Origin: Porcipelethomonas sp.
GTDB lineage: Bacteria > Bacillota > Clostridia > Oscillospirales > Ruminococcaceae
Direction of reading: 5' to 3'
Assembly: GCA_051881935.1 (NCBI GenBank)
Contig: JBJEQU010000258.1
Location: forward strand, 1 to 35,957
DNA: 35,957 nucleotides
Shown one piece after another: positions 8,792 to 17,508 of this stretch. The first letter of the stretch is position 1; every line of letters starts with the position of its first letter. The notes beneath the pieces are model-generated. The model was not told where the DNA came from. It saw nothing but the letters and a program-made list of their open reading frames with translations, and made no database searches. Made by a program: the position numbers and the translations under genes.

Positions 8792-9589
8792 ATGAAAATG
8801 TACAAAATGCTTTCATTCTTGTTTTCCACTGCAGCGGCCCTATTAATGCTCGAAGGAGTTTCTGTAAATGCGGATGAGTCGGGTTCGGGTGAAAAAAAGC
8901 TGTATTCCTTTGCCGAACTCATGGAAATGAATGATGAAGATTTTTTGAAGCTTGACAAACATGCAACAGACTTATTCTATGATTATCAAGGATATGTTTC
9001 CAATCACAGCTCGGAGGAAGATCGGTTATTGTTCAGTCTGATTAAGCCATCATGGTTAGGTGCTGACAATAATTATATTCCTTACAAAACTGAAAAAGAA
9101 ATTTTATCGTTGTTTGAGGGATATAATTTAGTAATTGAATCTCCTGTCTGGACAAAAAAATCTGTAGACTCTACTACATATTGCCCATACTTTGATTTCC
9201 TTGAAGTGTATATTGGGAATACAACTGTTGATGGTCTTATAGAAATAAAAGAAAAAAGTAATTTGGCTAACCTGACCAAATCGGATATCATGGAATTTGT
9301 TAAATTTGAGTATTGCGTTGATCAGGCAATTGATATGATTTATAACGATCCTGATCTTGACTGGTCAACGGGAAATTCCATAAAATACGGTGATGTAAAC
9401 GATGATGGAATACTGAATGTCAGAGACTGCTCCTATATTGCCACTTGTCTTGCTTCCAAAGAAACGGATAAGCTAAATGACACCGCTGACTTTAACTGTG
9501 ACGGCGAGAAAAATATCCGTGATGCTGCAAAAATGGCACAGTTTATTTTGGGCAGAGATATGTCTCAGCAGGAAAACTTTTCGGTTTAA
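8792..9589 (+). CDS. Secreted protein with C-terminal dockerin; N-terminal domain unknown
   Basis: GAAGGTGA RBS; signal peptide ending VNA; GDVNDDGILNVRDC...ADFNCDGEKNIRDAA duplicated Ca-binding loops. Confidence 0.85.
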   Translation: MKMYKMLSFLFSTAAALLMLEGVSVNADESGSGEKKLYSFAELMEMNDEDFLKLDKHATDLFYDYQGYVSNHSSEEDRLLFSLIKPSWLGADNNYIPYKTEKEILSLFEGYNLVIESPVWTKKSVDSTTYCPYFDFLEVYIGNTTVDGLIEIKEKSNLANLTKSDIMEFVKFEYCVDQAIDMIYNDPDLDWSTGNSIKYGDVNDDGILNVRDCSYIATCLASKETDKLNDTADFNCDGEKNIRDAAKMAQFILGRDMSQQENFSV

Positions 9590-9597
9590 ACTATCCT

Positions 9598-9706
9598 GCT
9601 ATTCAGCAGGGTCTGGTGTCTGTACACCTGATCCCTGCATGATATAGATATATATGATCCGTAAATCGGACAAAGAGAAAGGAAGTGACGAAAATGAAAA
9701 AGACAG
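9598..9706 (+). repeat. 109-bp direct repeat, copy 2
   Basis: Identical to 8599-8707, offset 999 bp. Confidence 0.95.
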
Positions 9707-9828
9707 TAAAGGCAAACGTTCTCGGTGCAGTTGCTAAGATTGCAAGAAAGAGCGCTTCTGCAGGTGCTTCTTCAGCTTCTGTTTTAGGCTTTCATCAGCC
9801 AAAGGAGCCAAAGGCACTGAAAAAGTAA
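9694..9828 (+). CDS. agrD: Cyclic lactone autoinducer precursor AgrD, 44 aa (MKKTVKANVLGAVAKIARKSASAGASSASVLGFHQPKEPKALKK)
   Basis: Manual translation (below the ORF-track cutoff); amphipathic leader and HQPKEPK tail typical of clostridial AgrD; downstream of agrB. Confidence 0.92.
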   Translation: MKKTVKANVLGAVAKIARKSASAGASSASVLGFHQPKEPKALKK

Positions 9829-9840
9829 TTTTCAGAAAAT

Positions 9841-9962
9841 GGACATGCTTCGTTAAAAAATGGAGGTATTGAAGCAGTCCGCAAAAACGGTACATAAGAA
9901 CCTGTCCGCCGAAAGATACGGACAGGTTCGGTGTTACCGCAAAATCACAGGTAGATGCAGAT
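9841..9962 (+). ncRNA. Structured agrD 3' trailer related to the 4994-5229 RNA
   Basis: Stems 9841-9852/9870-9880 and 9888-9939, followed by CAAAATCACAGGTAGA. Confidence 0.45.
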
Positions 9963-9991
9963 ATTAAACAAACATAAAGAAAGAAAAAACT

Positions 9992-10035
9992 AAAAAAGCT
10001 TTGACGCTGATCAGATTCAGAGTCAAAGCTTTTTT
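9992..10035. terminator. Bidirectional intrinsic terminator between agrD and ilvE
   Basis: AAAAAAGCTTTGAC ... GTCAAAGCTTTTTT. Confidence 0.85.
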
Positions 10036-10060
10036 ATTTCACAGTCATATACGATATGAC

Positions 10061-11128
10061 TTACTTTACTTCTCTTATCCAGCCGAATTCATCAGGGATC
10101 TTACCCCACTGGATACCGGTCATGGTATCATAGAGCATCTGTGAAACAGTACCGATCTTATTATCGTTTATCTCCATGATCTTGTCTTCCCACTTGAGAT
10201 GACCAACCGGGGAAATTACCGCTGCCGTACCTGTTCCGAACACCTCGTCAAGCTTGCCGTTGTCGTATGCATCGGAAACTTCCTGAATAGTGATCTTTCT
10301 CTCCGTTACCTTGTATCCCCTGCTGCGGCATACTTCAATAGCGGACTTTCTTGTAATGCCCGGAAGAACGGAGCCTGTAAGCTCAGGGGTGATAACCTCT
10401 CCGTCAATTACAAAGAAAATGTTCATTGATCCGACTTCCTCTATGTACTTTCTCTCAACACCATCGAGCCAGAGAACCTGTTCATAATCCTGCCTGTGAG
10501 CCTCATCCTGACCGGCAAGGGAAATAGCGTAATTCGCCGCTGTTTTTGCAAAGCCGGTACCGCCTCTTACCGCTCTTACATAGTTTGTTTCAACATAGAT
10601 CTTTACCGGATTAAGACCGGTTGAATAATAAGCACCGGAAGGCGAAAGGATTATCATAAACAGATAATGGTCAGCAGGACGAACCCCTACATAAGGATCT
10701 GTCGCAATAATAAACGGACGGATATAAAGTGCTGTTCCGTCAGAATGGGGAACCCAGTCCTTTTCGATCTCAAGAAGCTTCAGCAGTCCCTCAAGACAGT
10801 CCTCCTCATTGATTTCCGGAATGACCATTCTCTTGTTGGAAACGTTAAGTCTTTTAAAGTTTTCATCCGGACGGAAAAGCTGGATATTTCCTTCCGCTGT
10901 ACGGTAAGCCTTGAGTCCCTCAAAGACCTCCTGACCATAGTGCAGGCACATTGACGCCGGAGAAAGAGTGATGTTCTGATACGGAACGATTCTCGCATCA
11001 TGCCAGCCCTCACCGGTATCGTAATTCATGATAAACATGTGGTCAGTAAAAATGTGACCAAATCCAAGTTTCGATTCATCTGTCGGCTTATCCTTTAGTG
11101 TTTTAGCCAGTTCAATTTTGATGTTCAT
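10061..11128 (-). CDS. ilvE: Branched-chain amino acid aminotransferase
   Basis: LHYGQEVFEGLKAY, LYIRP, PLP lysine AKTAANY, EEVGSMN, LPGITR, GTGTAAVISPVG. Confidence 0.96.
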   Translation of the reverse strand: MNIKIELAKTLKDKPTDESKLGFGHIFTDHMFIMNYDTGEGWHDARIVPYQNITLSPASMCLHYGQEVFEGLKAYRTAEGNIQLFRPDENFKRLNVSNKRMVIPEINEEDCLEGLLKLLEIEKDWVPHSDGTALYIRPFIIATDPYVGVRPADHYLFMIILSPSGAYYSTGLNPVKIYVETNYVRAVRGGTGFAKTAANYAISLAGQDEAHRQDYEQVLWLDGVERKYIEEVGSMNIFFVIDGEVITPELTGSVLPGITRKSAIEVCRSRGYKVTERKITIQEVSDAYDNGKLDEVFGTGTAAVISPVGHLKWEDKIMEINDNKIGTVSQMLYDTMTGIQWGKIPDEFGWIREVK

Positions 11129-11157
11129 TTTATTAAGACTCCCTTTTTAGGGTCTGC

Positions 11158-11283
11158 TTATTCACAGACCGTAATATATTTTTTTCTGAATTTTCTGCTG
11201 TAAACAGCCAGCGCTGCAATGACTGCACCAGCAGCACATGCGGTAATAAGAATTATTGAAATGATTTTTGCAGCCTTTCCCAT
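11158..11283 (-). CDS. 41-aa single-TM small protein (MGKAAKIISIILITACAAGAVIAALAVYSRKFRKKYITVCE)
   Basis: AAAGGAG RBS; hydrophobic stretch followed by a basic tail; absent from the ORF track. Confidence 0.7.
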   Translation of the reverse strand: MGKAAKIISIILITACAAGAVIAALAVYSRKFRKKYITVCE

Positions 11284-11495
11284 AGCCGTTCTCCTTTGCT
11301 GAACAATAATCTCTTTAAAACAACACTGCTGACACGCAGTTCTCCTTTAATATTATACCACATATTTTTCCTCTTGGCTATGGCAATTTAACAAAAATCT
11401 TCACGAATTTTTTACGCTTTTTTTTACAAATTAACCGATTTTCTGCTTTTTGTACGCTGCCTGCACTTTCCATCAAAAAAAATCTGAATTTACAC

Positions 11496-11524
11496 TTGAA
11501 AAATTATTCTGAATGTGATATAAT
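11496..11524 (+). promoter_or_regulatory. SigA promoter of ffs
   Basis: TTGAAA-17-TATAAT with TG extension. Confidence 0.75.
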
Positions 11525-11537
11525 TGTAGGGTATTAA

Positions 11538-11752
11538 AGAAAATCTGTTTCCCGGTGACGGTGCAGACGGTTTTCTGAAAGCATTTGTGAAAGTGTCAGC
11601 GGTTCCTTTCCGAACCGTAACAATTCCGAAATATAGGTGTGCGGGCCCTGTGCAATGGATCACCGTGAACCATGTCAGGCGGGGAACCGAGCAGCATTAA
11701 GCGGATCGTTCTGTGTGCCGCAGCAAGCCTGCACACCTATGTTCCGGAATTT
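11538..11752 (+). ncRNA. ffs: Signal recognition particle RNA (large type with 5' extension)
   Basis: Helix-8-like GTCAGGCGGGGAACCGAGCAGC; long stem AATTCCG..ATAGGTGTGCGGGC / GCCTGCACACCTAT..CGGAATT; canonical position upstream of dnaX; ends approximate. Confidence 0.9.
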
Positions 11753-11806
11753 TTTGCATTTTCAGCGATATAAGACATCATAAAGGTACAGGTGGAGGAA
11801 GTCGTT

Positions 11807-13348
11807 ATGTATACAGCATTATATAGAAAATGGCGTCCGCTGTCCTTTGATGATGTTATTTCCCAGCCCCATATTACCACTACGCTGAAAAATCAGATAA
11901 AAAACGGCAAGACTGCCCATGCGTATCTTTTTACCGGTTCAAGGGGAACGGGAAAAACTACCTGTGCAAGGATTTTTGCAAAGGCGGTAAACTGTCCCAA
12001 TGAAAAGGACGGCAACCCGTGCCTTGAATGTGAAGTGTGCAGGGACGCTGACAATTTTGCTCTTTCTGATATTATTGAAATAGACGCCGCTTCAAACAAC
12101 GGTGTTGACGATATCCGTGACCTGAGGGACGGTGCAGTCTATACTCCTGAACGATGCAGATACAAGGTTTACATAATCGATGAGGTTCACATGCTTACCC
12201 CCAGCGCCTTCAATGCACTGCTTAAAATAATGGAGGAGCCGCCGGAATATGTAAAATTCATTCTTGCCACAACGGAAGTACACAAGGTTCCGGCAACCAT
12301 AACTTCACGCTGTCAGCGCTTCGATTTCAGGCGTATCCTGACGGAGGATATCAAGACACGGCTTCTCTATATTGCCGGGAAAGAGGGCATAAAGCTTGAT
12401 GAAGATGCTGCTGCACTTGTTGCAAGGCTTTCTGACGGCGGAATGAGGGATGCTCTTTCGCTGCTGGATCAGTGCGCCGCATACTCGGAAGAAATTTCTG
12501 CGGAAACGGTTTCAGCCGCTGCCGGAATTGCAGGACGTGACAGTCTCTTTGAAATAATCAGAGCTGTTGTTTCCAGGGATGCAGGGAGCGCCCTTTCAAT
12601 TGCAGACAGACTCTATTCCATGTCCAAGGATATGGGAAAGCTCTGCGCAGAGCTTACTGACCAGTTCCGGAATATCATGCTTATCAAGGTGTGCCCGGAC
12701 AAGCCGGAGCTTATAGCATGCATGCCCGACGAGCTTGAACAGCTCAGAGAAATAAGCTCAGGAACTGAGCTTTCGGATATTCTCTCAAAGCTTACCATTT
12801 TGCAGGAATGCGGAGAGCGAATGGGCAGGGCAATAAATAAACGTGTTGAATTTGAAATGTGCCTTATAAGGCTTTGTTCAGTACAAATTCAACAGAAGCC
12901 TATTGACAATACTAAAATTTATGGTAAAATAGATAATGAAAGCCCCGCCGGGAATAACCCATCCGTCCAGCCTGCCGCTGAACAGGAAAATGTACGTCCG
13001 GCAGCTGACATGAAAACCCTGAAAGCGTCCGATTTCAAACCACTTATAGAGTGGACTGAAATACTTGAGGAGCTTACGAAAACTTCCCCTTCCATTTCGG
13101 GTACGCTTTCCGGATCAAGAGCTTTTGTATATAAAAATATAATGCTGATCGACACGAAAAATCAGTTTTTCCTGAAGCTTTTCAAGGTGCCGGAAAATTT
13201 TGCGATGCTCAGCGGTGCAATAAAAAATGTTATGGGAAAAGCCTACGTTTTAAAGGCAAGATGCTCTGCCGCTGCAAATGAAGAGCAGAAGGCGGGCGAC
13301 CTTATAAAAAAAGCTATAGACAGCGGTATTGAAACTGCTGTTGAATAA
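11807..13348 (+). CDS. dnaX: DNA polymerase III subunit gamma/tau
   Basis: ALYRKWRP, GSRGTGKTT, EIDAASNNGVD, IIDEVHML, SRCQRF; GGAGG before ATG 11807. Confidence 0.96.
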   Translation: MYTALYRKWRPLSFDDVISQPHITTTLKNQIKNGKTAHAYLFTGSRGTGKTTCARIFAKAVNCPNEKDGNPCLECEVCRDADNFALSDIIEIDAASNNGVDDIRDLRDGAVYTPERCRYKVYIIDEVHMLTPSAFNALLKIMEEPPEYVKFILATTEVHKVPATITSRCQRFDFRRILTEDIKTRLLYIAGKEGIKLDEDAAALVARLSDGGMRDALSLLDQCAAYSEEISAETVSAAAGIAGRDSLFEIIRAVVSRDAGSALSIADRLYSMSKDMGKLCAELTDQFRNIMLIKVCPDKPELIACMPDELEQLREISSGTELSDILSKLTILQECGERMGRAINKRVEFEMCLIRLCSVQIQQKPIDNTKIYGKIDNESPAGNNPSVQPAAEQENVRPAADMKTLKASDFKPLIEWTEILEELTKTSPSISGTLSGSRAFVYKNIMLIDTKNQFFLKLFKVPENFAMLSGAIKNVMGKAYVLKARCSAAANEEQKAGDLIKKAIDSGIETAVE

Positions 13349-13390
13349 ATACCTGATAAAAGTATATAAAATCAAAGGAGATTAAAAACT

Positions 13391-13735
13391 ATGAAGTCAA
13401 GAGTACCAAAGAATATCGGCGGAGCTTCAAATATGAATTCGATGATAAAGCAGGCTCAGAAGATGCAGGACGAAATTACTGCTTTGCAGAACGATATTGA
13501 AGCAAGAGAATTTTCAGCAACATCCGGCGGCGGAGTTGTCGAGGTCGTTGTAACAGGTGCTAAAAATATCAAGTCCCTGAAGATCAAGCCGGAGGCTGTT
13601 GATCCGGATGATGTTGAGATGCTCCAGGATTTAGTGGTAAGTGCTATCAACGAAGCTATGAACAATGTTGAAAAAACTACCGAAGATGAAATGAACAAGA
13701 TCACAGGCGGAGTAGCACTTCCGGGATTATTCTGA
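13391..13735 (+). CDS. ybaB: YbaB/EbfC nucleoid-associated protein
   Basis: [27 protein letters not shown]; dnaX-ybaB-recR synteny. Confidence 0.93.
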   Translation: MKSRVPKNIGGASNMNSMIKQAQKMQDEITALQNDIEAREFSATSGGGVVEVVVTGAKNIKSLKIKPEAVDPDDVEMLQDLVVSAINEAMNNVEKTTEDEMNKITGGVALPGLF

Positions 13736-13739
13736 TAAT

Positions 13740-14342
13740 ATGGCTGACAACAACGCACTGCCCCTTGTAATTCTTGCGGAGCAGTTTGCAAAGCTTCCGG
13801 GCATTGGCATGAAAACCGCACAGCGGCTGGCTTATGCGGTCATGTCCATGAGCGATGATGACGCAAAGCAGTTTTCCGACGCTATTATTTCGGTCAAAAG
13901 AGATGTAGGCTATTGCAGGGTCTGCTGTAATCTTACGGAATTTGAGACATGCCCCATATGCAGTGATCCCGACCGTGACAGCTCTGTTATATGTGTTGTG
14001 GAAACCCCGAAGGATGTTTCTGCGTTTGAGCGTACCAACGAATACGGCGGAACTTATCATGTCCTTCACGGGCTTATTTCTCCAATAAACGGCGTAGGTC
14101 CTGATGATATCCATATAAAAGAGCTTCTTGACAGGGTAAACAGCGGCGGCATTTCCGAAATTATTATGGCGACAAATCCCACTGTTGAGGGCGAAGCAAC
14201 GGCAATGTACATTGCAAAGCTGCTCAAGCCTCTGGGGGTTAAGGTCACACGGCTTGCCTTTGGCATACCGGTCGGAGGACATCTTGAATATGCCGATGAA
14301 GTTACACTTTTCAAAGCACTGGAAAACAGAAGTGAAATGTGA
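13740..14342 (+). CDS. recR: Recombination mediator RecR
   Basis: [14 protein letters not shown]4 zinc finger, Toprim [21 protein letters not shown]. Confidence 0.97.
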   Translation: MADNNALPLVILAEQFAKLPGIGMKTAQRLAYAVMSMSDDDAKQFSDAIISVKRDVGYCRVCCNLTEFETCPICSDPDRDSSVICVVETPKDVSAFERTNEYGGTYHVLHGLISPINGVGPDDIHIKELLDRVNSGGISEIIMATNPTVEGEATAMYIAKLLKPLGVKVTRLAFGIPVGGHLEYADEVTLFKALENRSEM

Positions 14343-14401
14343 TCAGTATCGGAGCCGTGCCGGTTGTCGGTACGGCTTTTCAATTTAAGGAGTGAATTTT
14401 T

Positions 14402-15109
14402 ATGGCTACACCACACAACAGCGCCGGAAAAGGCGACATTGCAAAGACAGTTCTCATGCCCGGCGATCCGCTGAGAGCTGAATTTATCGCAAAGAATTTT
14501 CTGGAAAATGCAGTCTGCTACAACAACGTCAGAGGGATGCTGGGGTTTACCGGCAAATACAAGGGCAAAGAGGTTTCCGTACAGGGAAGCGGTATGGGAA
14601 TGCCCTCTATCGGGATCTATTCATGGGAACTTTTCAATGAATATGACGTTGAAAATATTATAAGAATAGGCAGCTGCGGTGCGATTGCAGACCATGTAAA
14701 GCTTCGTGATATCATAATCGGAATGGGTGCATGCACAAATTCAAATTATGCTTCACAGTTTGAACTGCCGGGGACTTATGCCCCCACAGCATCATTTGAA
14801 CTGCTGAAAGGTGCGGCAGAAGCGGCAGAAAAACACGGCGCTGCATATCATGTAGGGAACATTTTATCCAGCGACACATTCTATGACGATTCGAATTCCA
14901 CTGCAAAATGGCAGAAAATGAATGTGTTAGGGGTAGAGATGGAGGCTGCGGCACTTTATATGAACGCTGCAAGGTCAGGAAAAAATGCCCTCTGTATAGT
15001 TACAGTTTCCGACTGCCCCCTTAAAAATCTGTCACTTCCGGCGGAGGAACGTCAGACAAGCTTTACAGACATGATGGAAATTGCCCTTGAAACGGCAGCA
15101 GCATTATAA
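14402..15109 (+). CDS. deoD: Purine nucleoside phosphorylase DeoD-type
   Basis: VLMPGDPLRA, GMGMPSIGIY, IRIGSCGA, VEMEAA. Confidence 0.96.
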   Translation: MATPHNSAGKGDIAKTVLMPGDPLRAEFIAKNFLENAVCYNNVRGMLGFTGKYKGKEVSVQGSGMGMPSIGIYSWELFNEYDVENIIRIGSCGAIADHVKLRDIIIGMGACTNSNYASQFELPGTYAPTASFELLKGAAEAAEKHGAAYHVGNILSSDTFYDDSNSTAKWQKMNVLGVEMEAAALYMNAARSGKNALCIVTVSDCPLKNLSLPAEERQTSFTDMMEIALETAAAL

Positions 15110-15147
15110 TTTGTACAGAGGGAAATTTTTTGTTTTATCTGTGATTT

Positions 15148-15180
15148 CTTAAGATTATTTTAAGGGTCAGCTGATATAAT
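15148..15180 (+). promoter_or_regulatory. OmpR-family (CiaR-like) direct repeat and extended -10
   Basis: CTTAAG-5-TTTAAG-10-TATAAT, no consensus -35. Confidence 0.7.
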
Positions 15181-15186
15181 ACAATC

Positions 15187-15310
15187 ATGGATGACGGAGA
15201 GACAAAAAGTGTTAGCCTTTGAGTTTTCTTCATCAATTATTCCTTAATTCCCCTCTATATATATCTTTTATCTATCTTCAGGTCGTGCATTTTTGCACGG
15301 CTTTTCTTTT
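15187..15310 (+). ncRNA. Putative csRNA-like small RNA
   Basis: 5' hairpin (GATGA...TCATC), C/U-rich single-stranded middle, terminator GGTCGTGCA-TTTT-TGCACGGCT followed by TTTCTTTT. Confidence 0.6.
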
Positions 15311-15468
15311 TGCATTTTTATCGTAAAAAGCTGCGCTTTAATATAGGGCATCAATTGCGTACAGACAGGTTATGAACTTGAATTTAAACTCTCTCGTCAA
15401 AATATCAGAAGCAATTCAAAATACATTGTGAAATCTGTAAATAATTTACGAATAATTTGTAAATGTGC

Positions 15469-15497
15469 TTGACACAAGAAACTTAATATATTATACT
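15469..15497 (+). promoter_or_regulatory. SigA promoter of the peptidase-dockerin cluster
   Basis: TTGACA-17-TATACT. Confidence 0.65.
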
Positions 15498-15556
15498 ATA
15501 ACCATAGAAGGTTTTTGGGGTGTAGGTAAAACGACTATGGTTTTTATTAAGAAGGG

Positions 15557-16025
15557 ATGCGGATGGTTTACGGACAAAGTTAAGGAAGTTTTGTAAAAGC
15601 TTTCTGCTTTAATTACAGTGGCAATAATTTATACATATGTAATTAATTCTGTTGCAGTCAGTGCTGGTAACATCTATAAAATCAGTTCCTTCACCGGTTA
15701 TCCACAGGAAAAAACCAATTGGTGCTGGGTGGCTTGTGCAGAAACCAGCGGAAAGTATCTGGTAAGTGGGTCAAGAACGCAAAGCAGCGCAGTAGCTGAC
15801 GTTAAAGGATCTGTTGTTAATTGAAAGTGGAACTGTAACTGAAACCGCTCAGGCAGCCAATTATTTTACATACACATGGTTACTTATAATGATGATGGCA
15901 CAAAAGGTATAGGATACTACGATCCGTGGGGAGCCGGAAGAACATATATTTGTTCTTTTGATGATTTCTGTGATGGAAGTTTTAATGGCAGAGTTTATGA
16001 CCATACGATCTATACAAACACATAG
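15557..16025 (+). pseudogene. Degraded secreted papain-like/C39-like cysteine peptidase
   Basis: Fragments in different frames: signal-peptide pieces, QEKTNWCWVACA (catalytic Cys), and YYDPW...HTIYTNT ending TAG 16025; frameshifts near 15575, 15595 and 15822; no His motif visible. Confidence 0.65.
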
Positions 16026-16040
16026 GAGGAGTGATTTGTT

Positions 16041-16862
16041 ATGAAATTAAAATCAGTAAAATCAGCGGCACTTTCATTGACATTAAGCGCCGGCTTACTT
16101 GCTTCCGGTTTACCGGTGTCAGCACAGTTGTCAGATTCAGAAATAACGGAAGCTATCAGGCAGTACGATAAATCCTTTGATACCGAGCTTGAAAGCAGCG
16201 GCATTGAAAATGTTTACAAAAGCTATGCGCTGGATGGATTTTACAATAAAGATTATTATGATGCGGAGAGCTTCGAATCGCTTATTTCGGGTGAGATCAG
16301 AACATACGTTGAAGTCGGAGGTCAGCTTGTGACTCTGCTTGAAAGGGACGGTAAGCTTAAAGCTGTTGGCGAAACGCTGCAAATAGGAAAGAGTGTAGTT
16401 GAGTTAGAATTGGAGTCCCAGAAAATAAAGAATGACATCGATGGCGAAATCTCCGACATGAAATTCTGTAATTTTTCTATGTTAGGGTTGGCTCTGATTT
16501 ATTATAAGACGGCTGACGGCAATGAATTTGTTGTACCTTACATTGAAGATGTTTTCGGTGAATATACAGATATTATCCAGAGCGGAGAATTATATTCTGC
16601 AAGTGAATTTATCGAGCAGATGAGGCTGATTTTTGACATATCCAATTACGATCCTGACGCAGAAATCGGAATTCCTGATACATATATTGTTGGTGATGCA
16701 AACAGCGATTATAATGTGGATGTTCGTGACTGTACATACATTGCAAAGATGATTTCATCAAACAGAAAGGATATGCTTGGTGATGTATGCGACTATAACA
16801 AGGACGGCGTTATAAATGTTCGTGATGCTGCATCAATTGCAATTTCCCTGGCAAACAGATAA
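16041..16862 (+). CDS. Secreted acidic protein with C-terminal dockerin
   Basis: AGGAGGAG RBS; signal peptide ending VSA; GDANSDYNVDVRDC...DYNKDGVINVRDAA. Confidence 0.87.
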   Translation: MKLKSVKSAALSLTLSAGLLASGLPVSAQLSDSEITEAIRQYDKSFDTELESSGIENVYKSYALDGFYNKDYYDAESFESLISGEIRTYVEVGGQLVTLLERDGKLKAVGETLQIGKSVVELELESQKIKNDIDGEISDMKFCNFSMLGLALIYYKTADGNEFVVPYIEDVFGEYTDIIQSGELYSASEFIEQMRLIFDISNYDPDAEIGIPDTYIVGDANSDYNVDVRDCTYIAKMISSNRKDMLGDVCDYNKDGVINVRDAASIAISLANR

Positions 16863-16879
16863 TGAGAGAAGGTAAAGCT

Positions 16880-17508
16880 ATGAGGGATTTTTCCTTGCCA
16901 TATCAGTAAGTATGCTGGCTTTCAGTATTCCAGTATCGGCAGGATCGGTTTCAGAATCCGAAATGGAGCAGGTCAACGACGCCCTTGAACAGTATGCTGA
17001 ATTTTTAAATGATTCTGAAATATACGGTGAAATGCCGGAGCTTGAAGAAGTAACAATCAGTTTCAGTAAAGCCAAAAGCAATTCCGATAATAACAGCAAT
17101 ATTTACAAATGCCATATCATAGATGGCTTCATTATTGACGACTATGAAGAGACAGGGAATTTTGGCTCTCTTATTTCAGATGAGACAAAAATTTTTGCCG
17201 AAAGCGGAAACCAGCTTGTAACATTGGTCGAGAAAGACGGCAAGCTTGAGGCAATAGGCAGCATGGTTTTGAACGATGGTGAAGAAACAATAAAGTTTGA
17301 AGACGAAGCCGAAAAAATAAAGAAGAGTACAGAAGAGGAAATAACTGATATTAAATTTGCCAAGTCATATATACTTGGACTCGATATGATTTACTATCAG
17401 ACTAAGAGCGATGAATTCGTAGTGCCGTATTTTGATAATGTACCCGAAAGCGTTTATGACACAATCGAAAACGGTACGATGTATACGGCGGATGAGTTTG
17501 TGGGTAGG
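16880..17508 (+). pseudogene. Paralogue of the 16041 gene; frameshifted at the start and truncated by a MITE before any dockerin
   Basis: Shared blocks QLVTL.E.DGKL.A.G, I.D.KF, LGL..IYY.T, EFVVPY, Y.A.EF; ATG 16880 is out of frame with the body; similarity ends at 17508. Confidence 0.7.

Noticed and set aside
9869-9967. TTG-started ORF after GGAGGT in the agrD trailer
   Set aside because: SD-to-start spacing is ~1 nt and the ORF crosses strong hairpins
13307-13313. A-run in dnaX as a gamma/tau frameshift site
   Set aside because: It is at the extreme 3' end with no stimulatory hairpin, so it would not yield a gamma-like product
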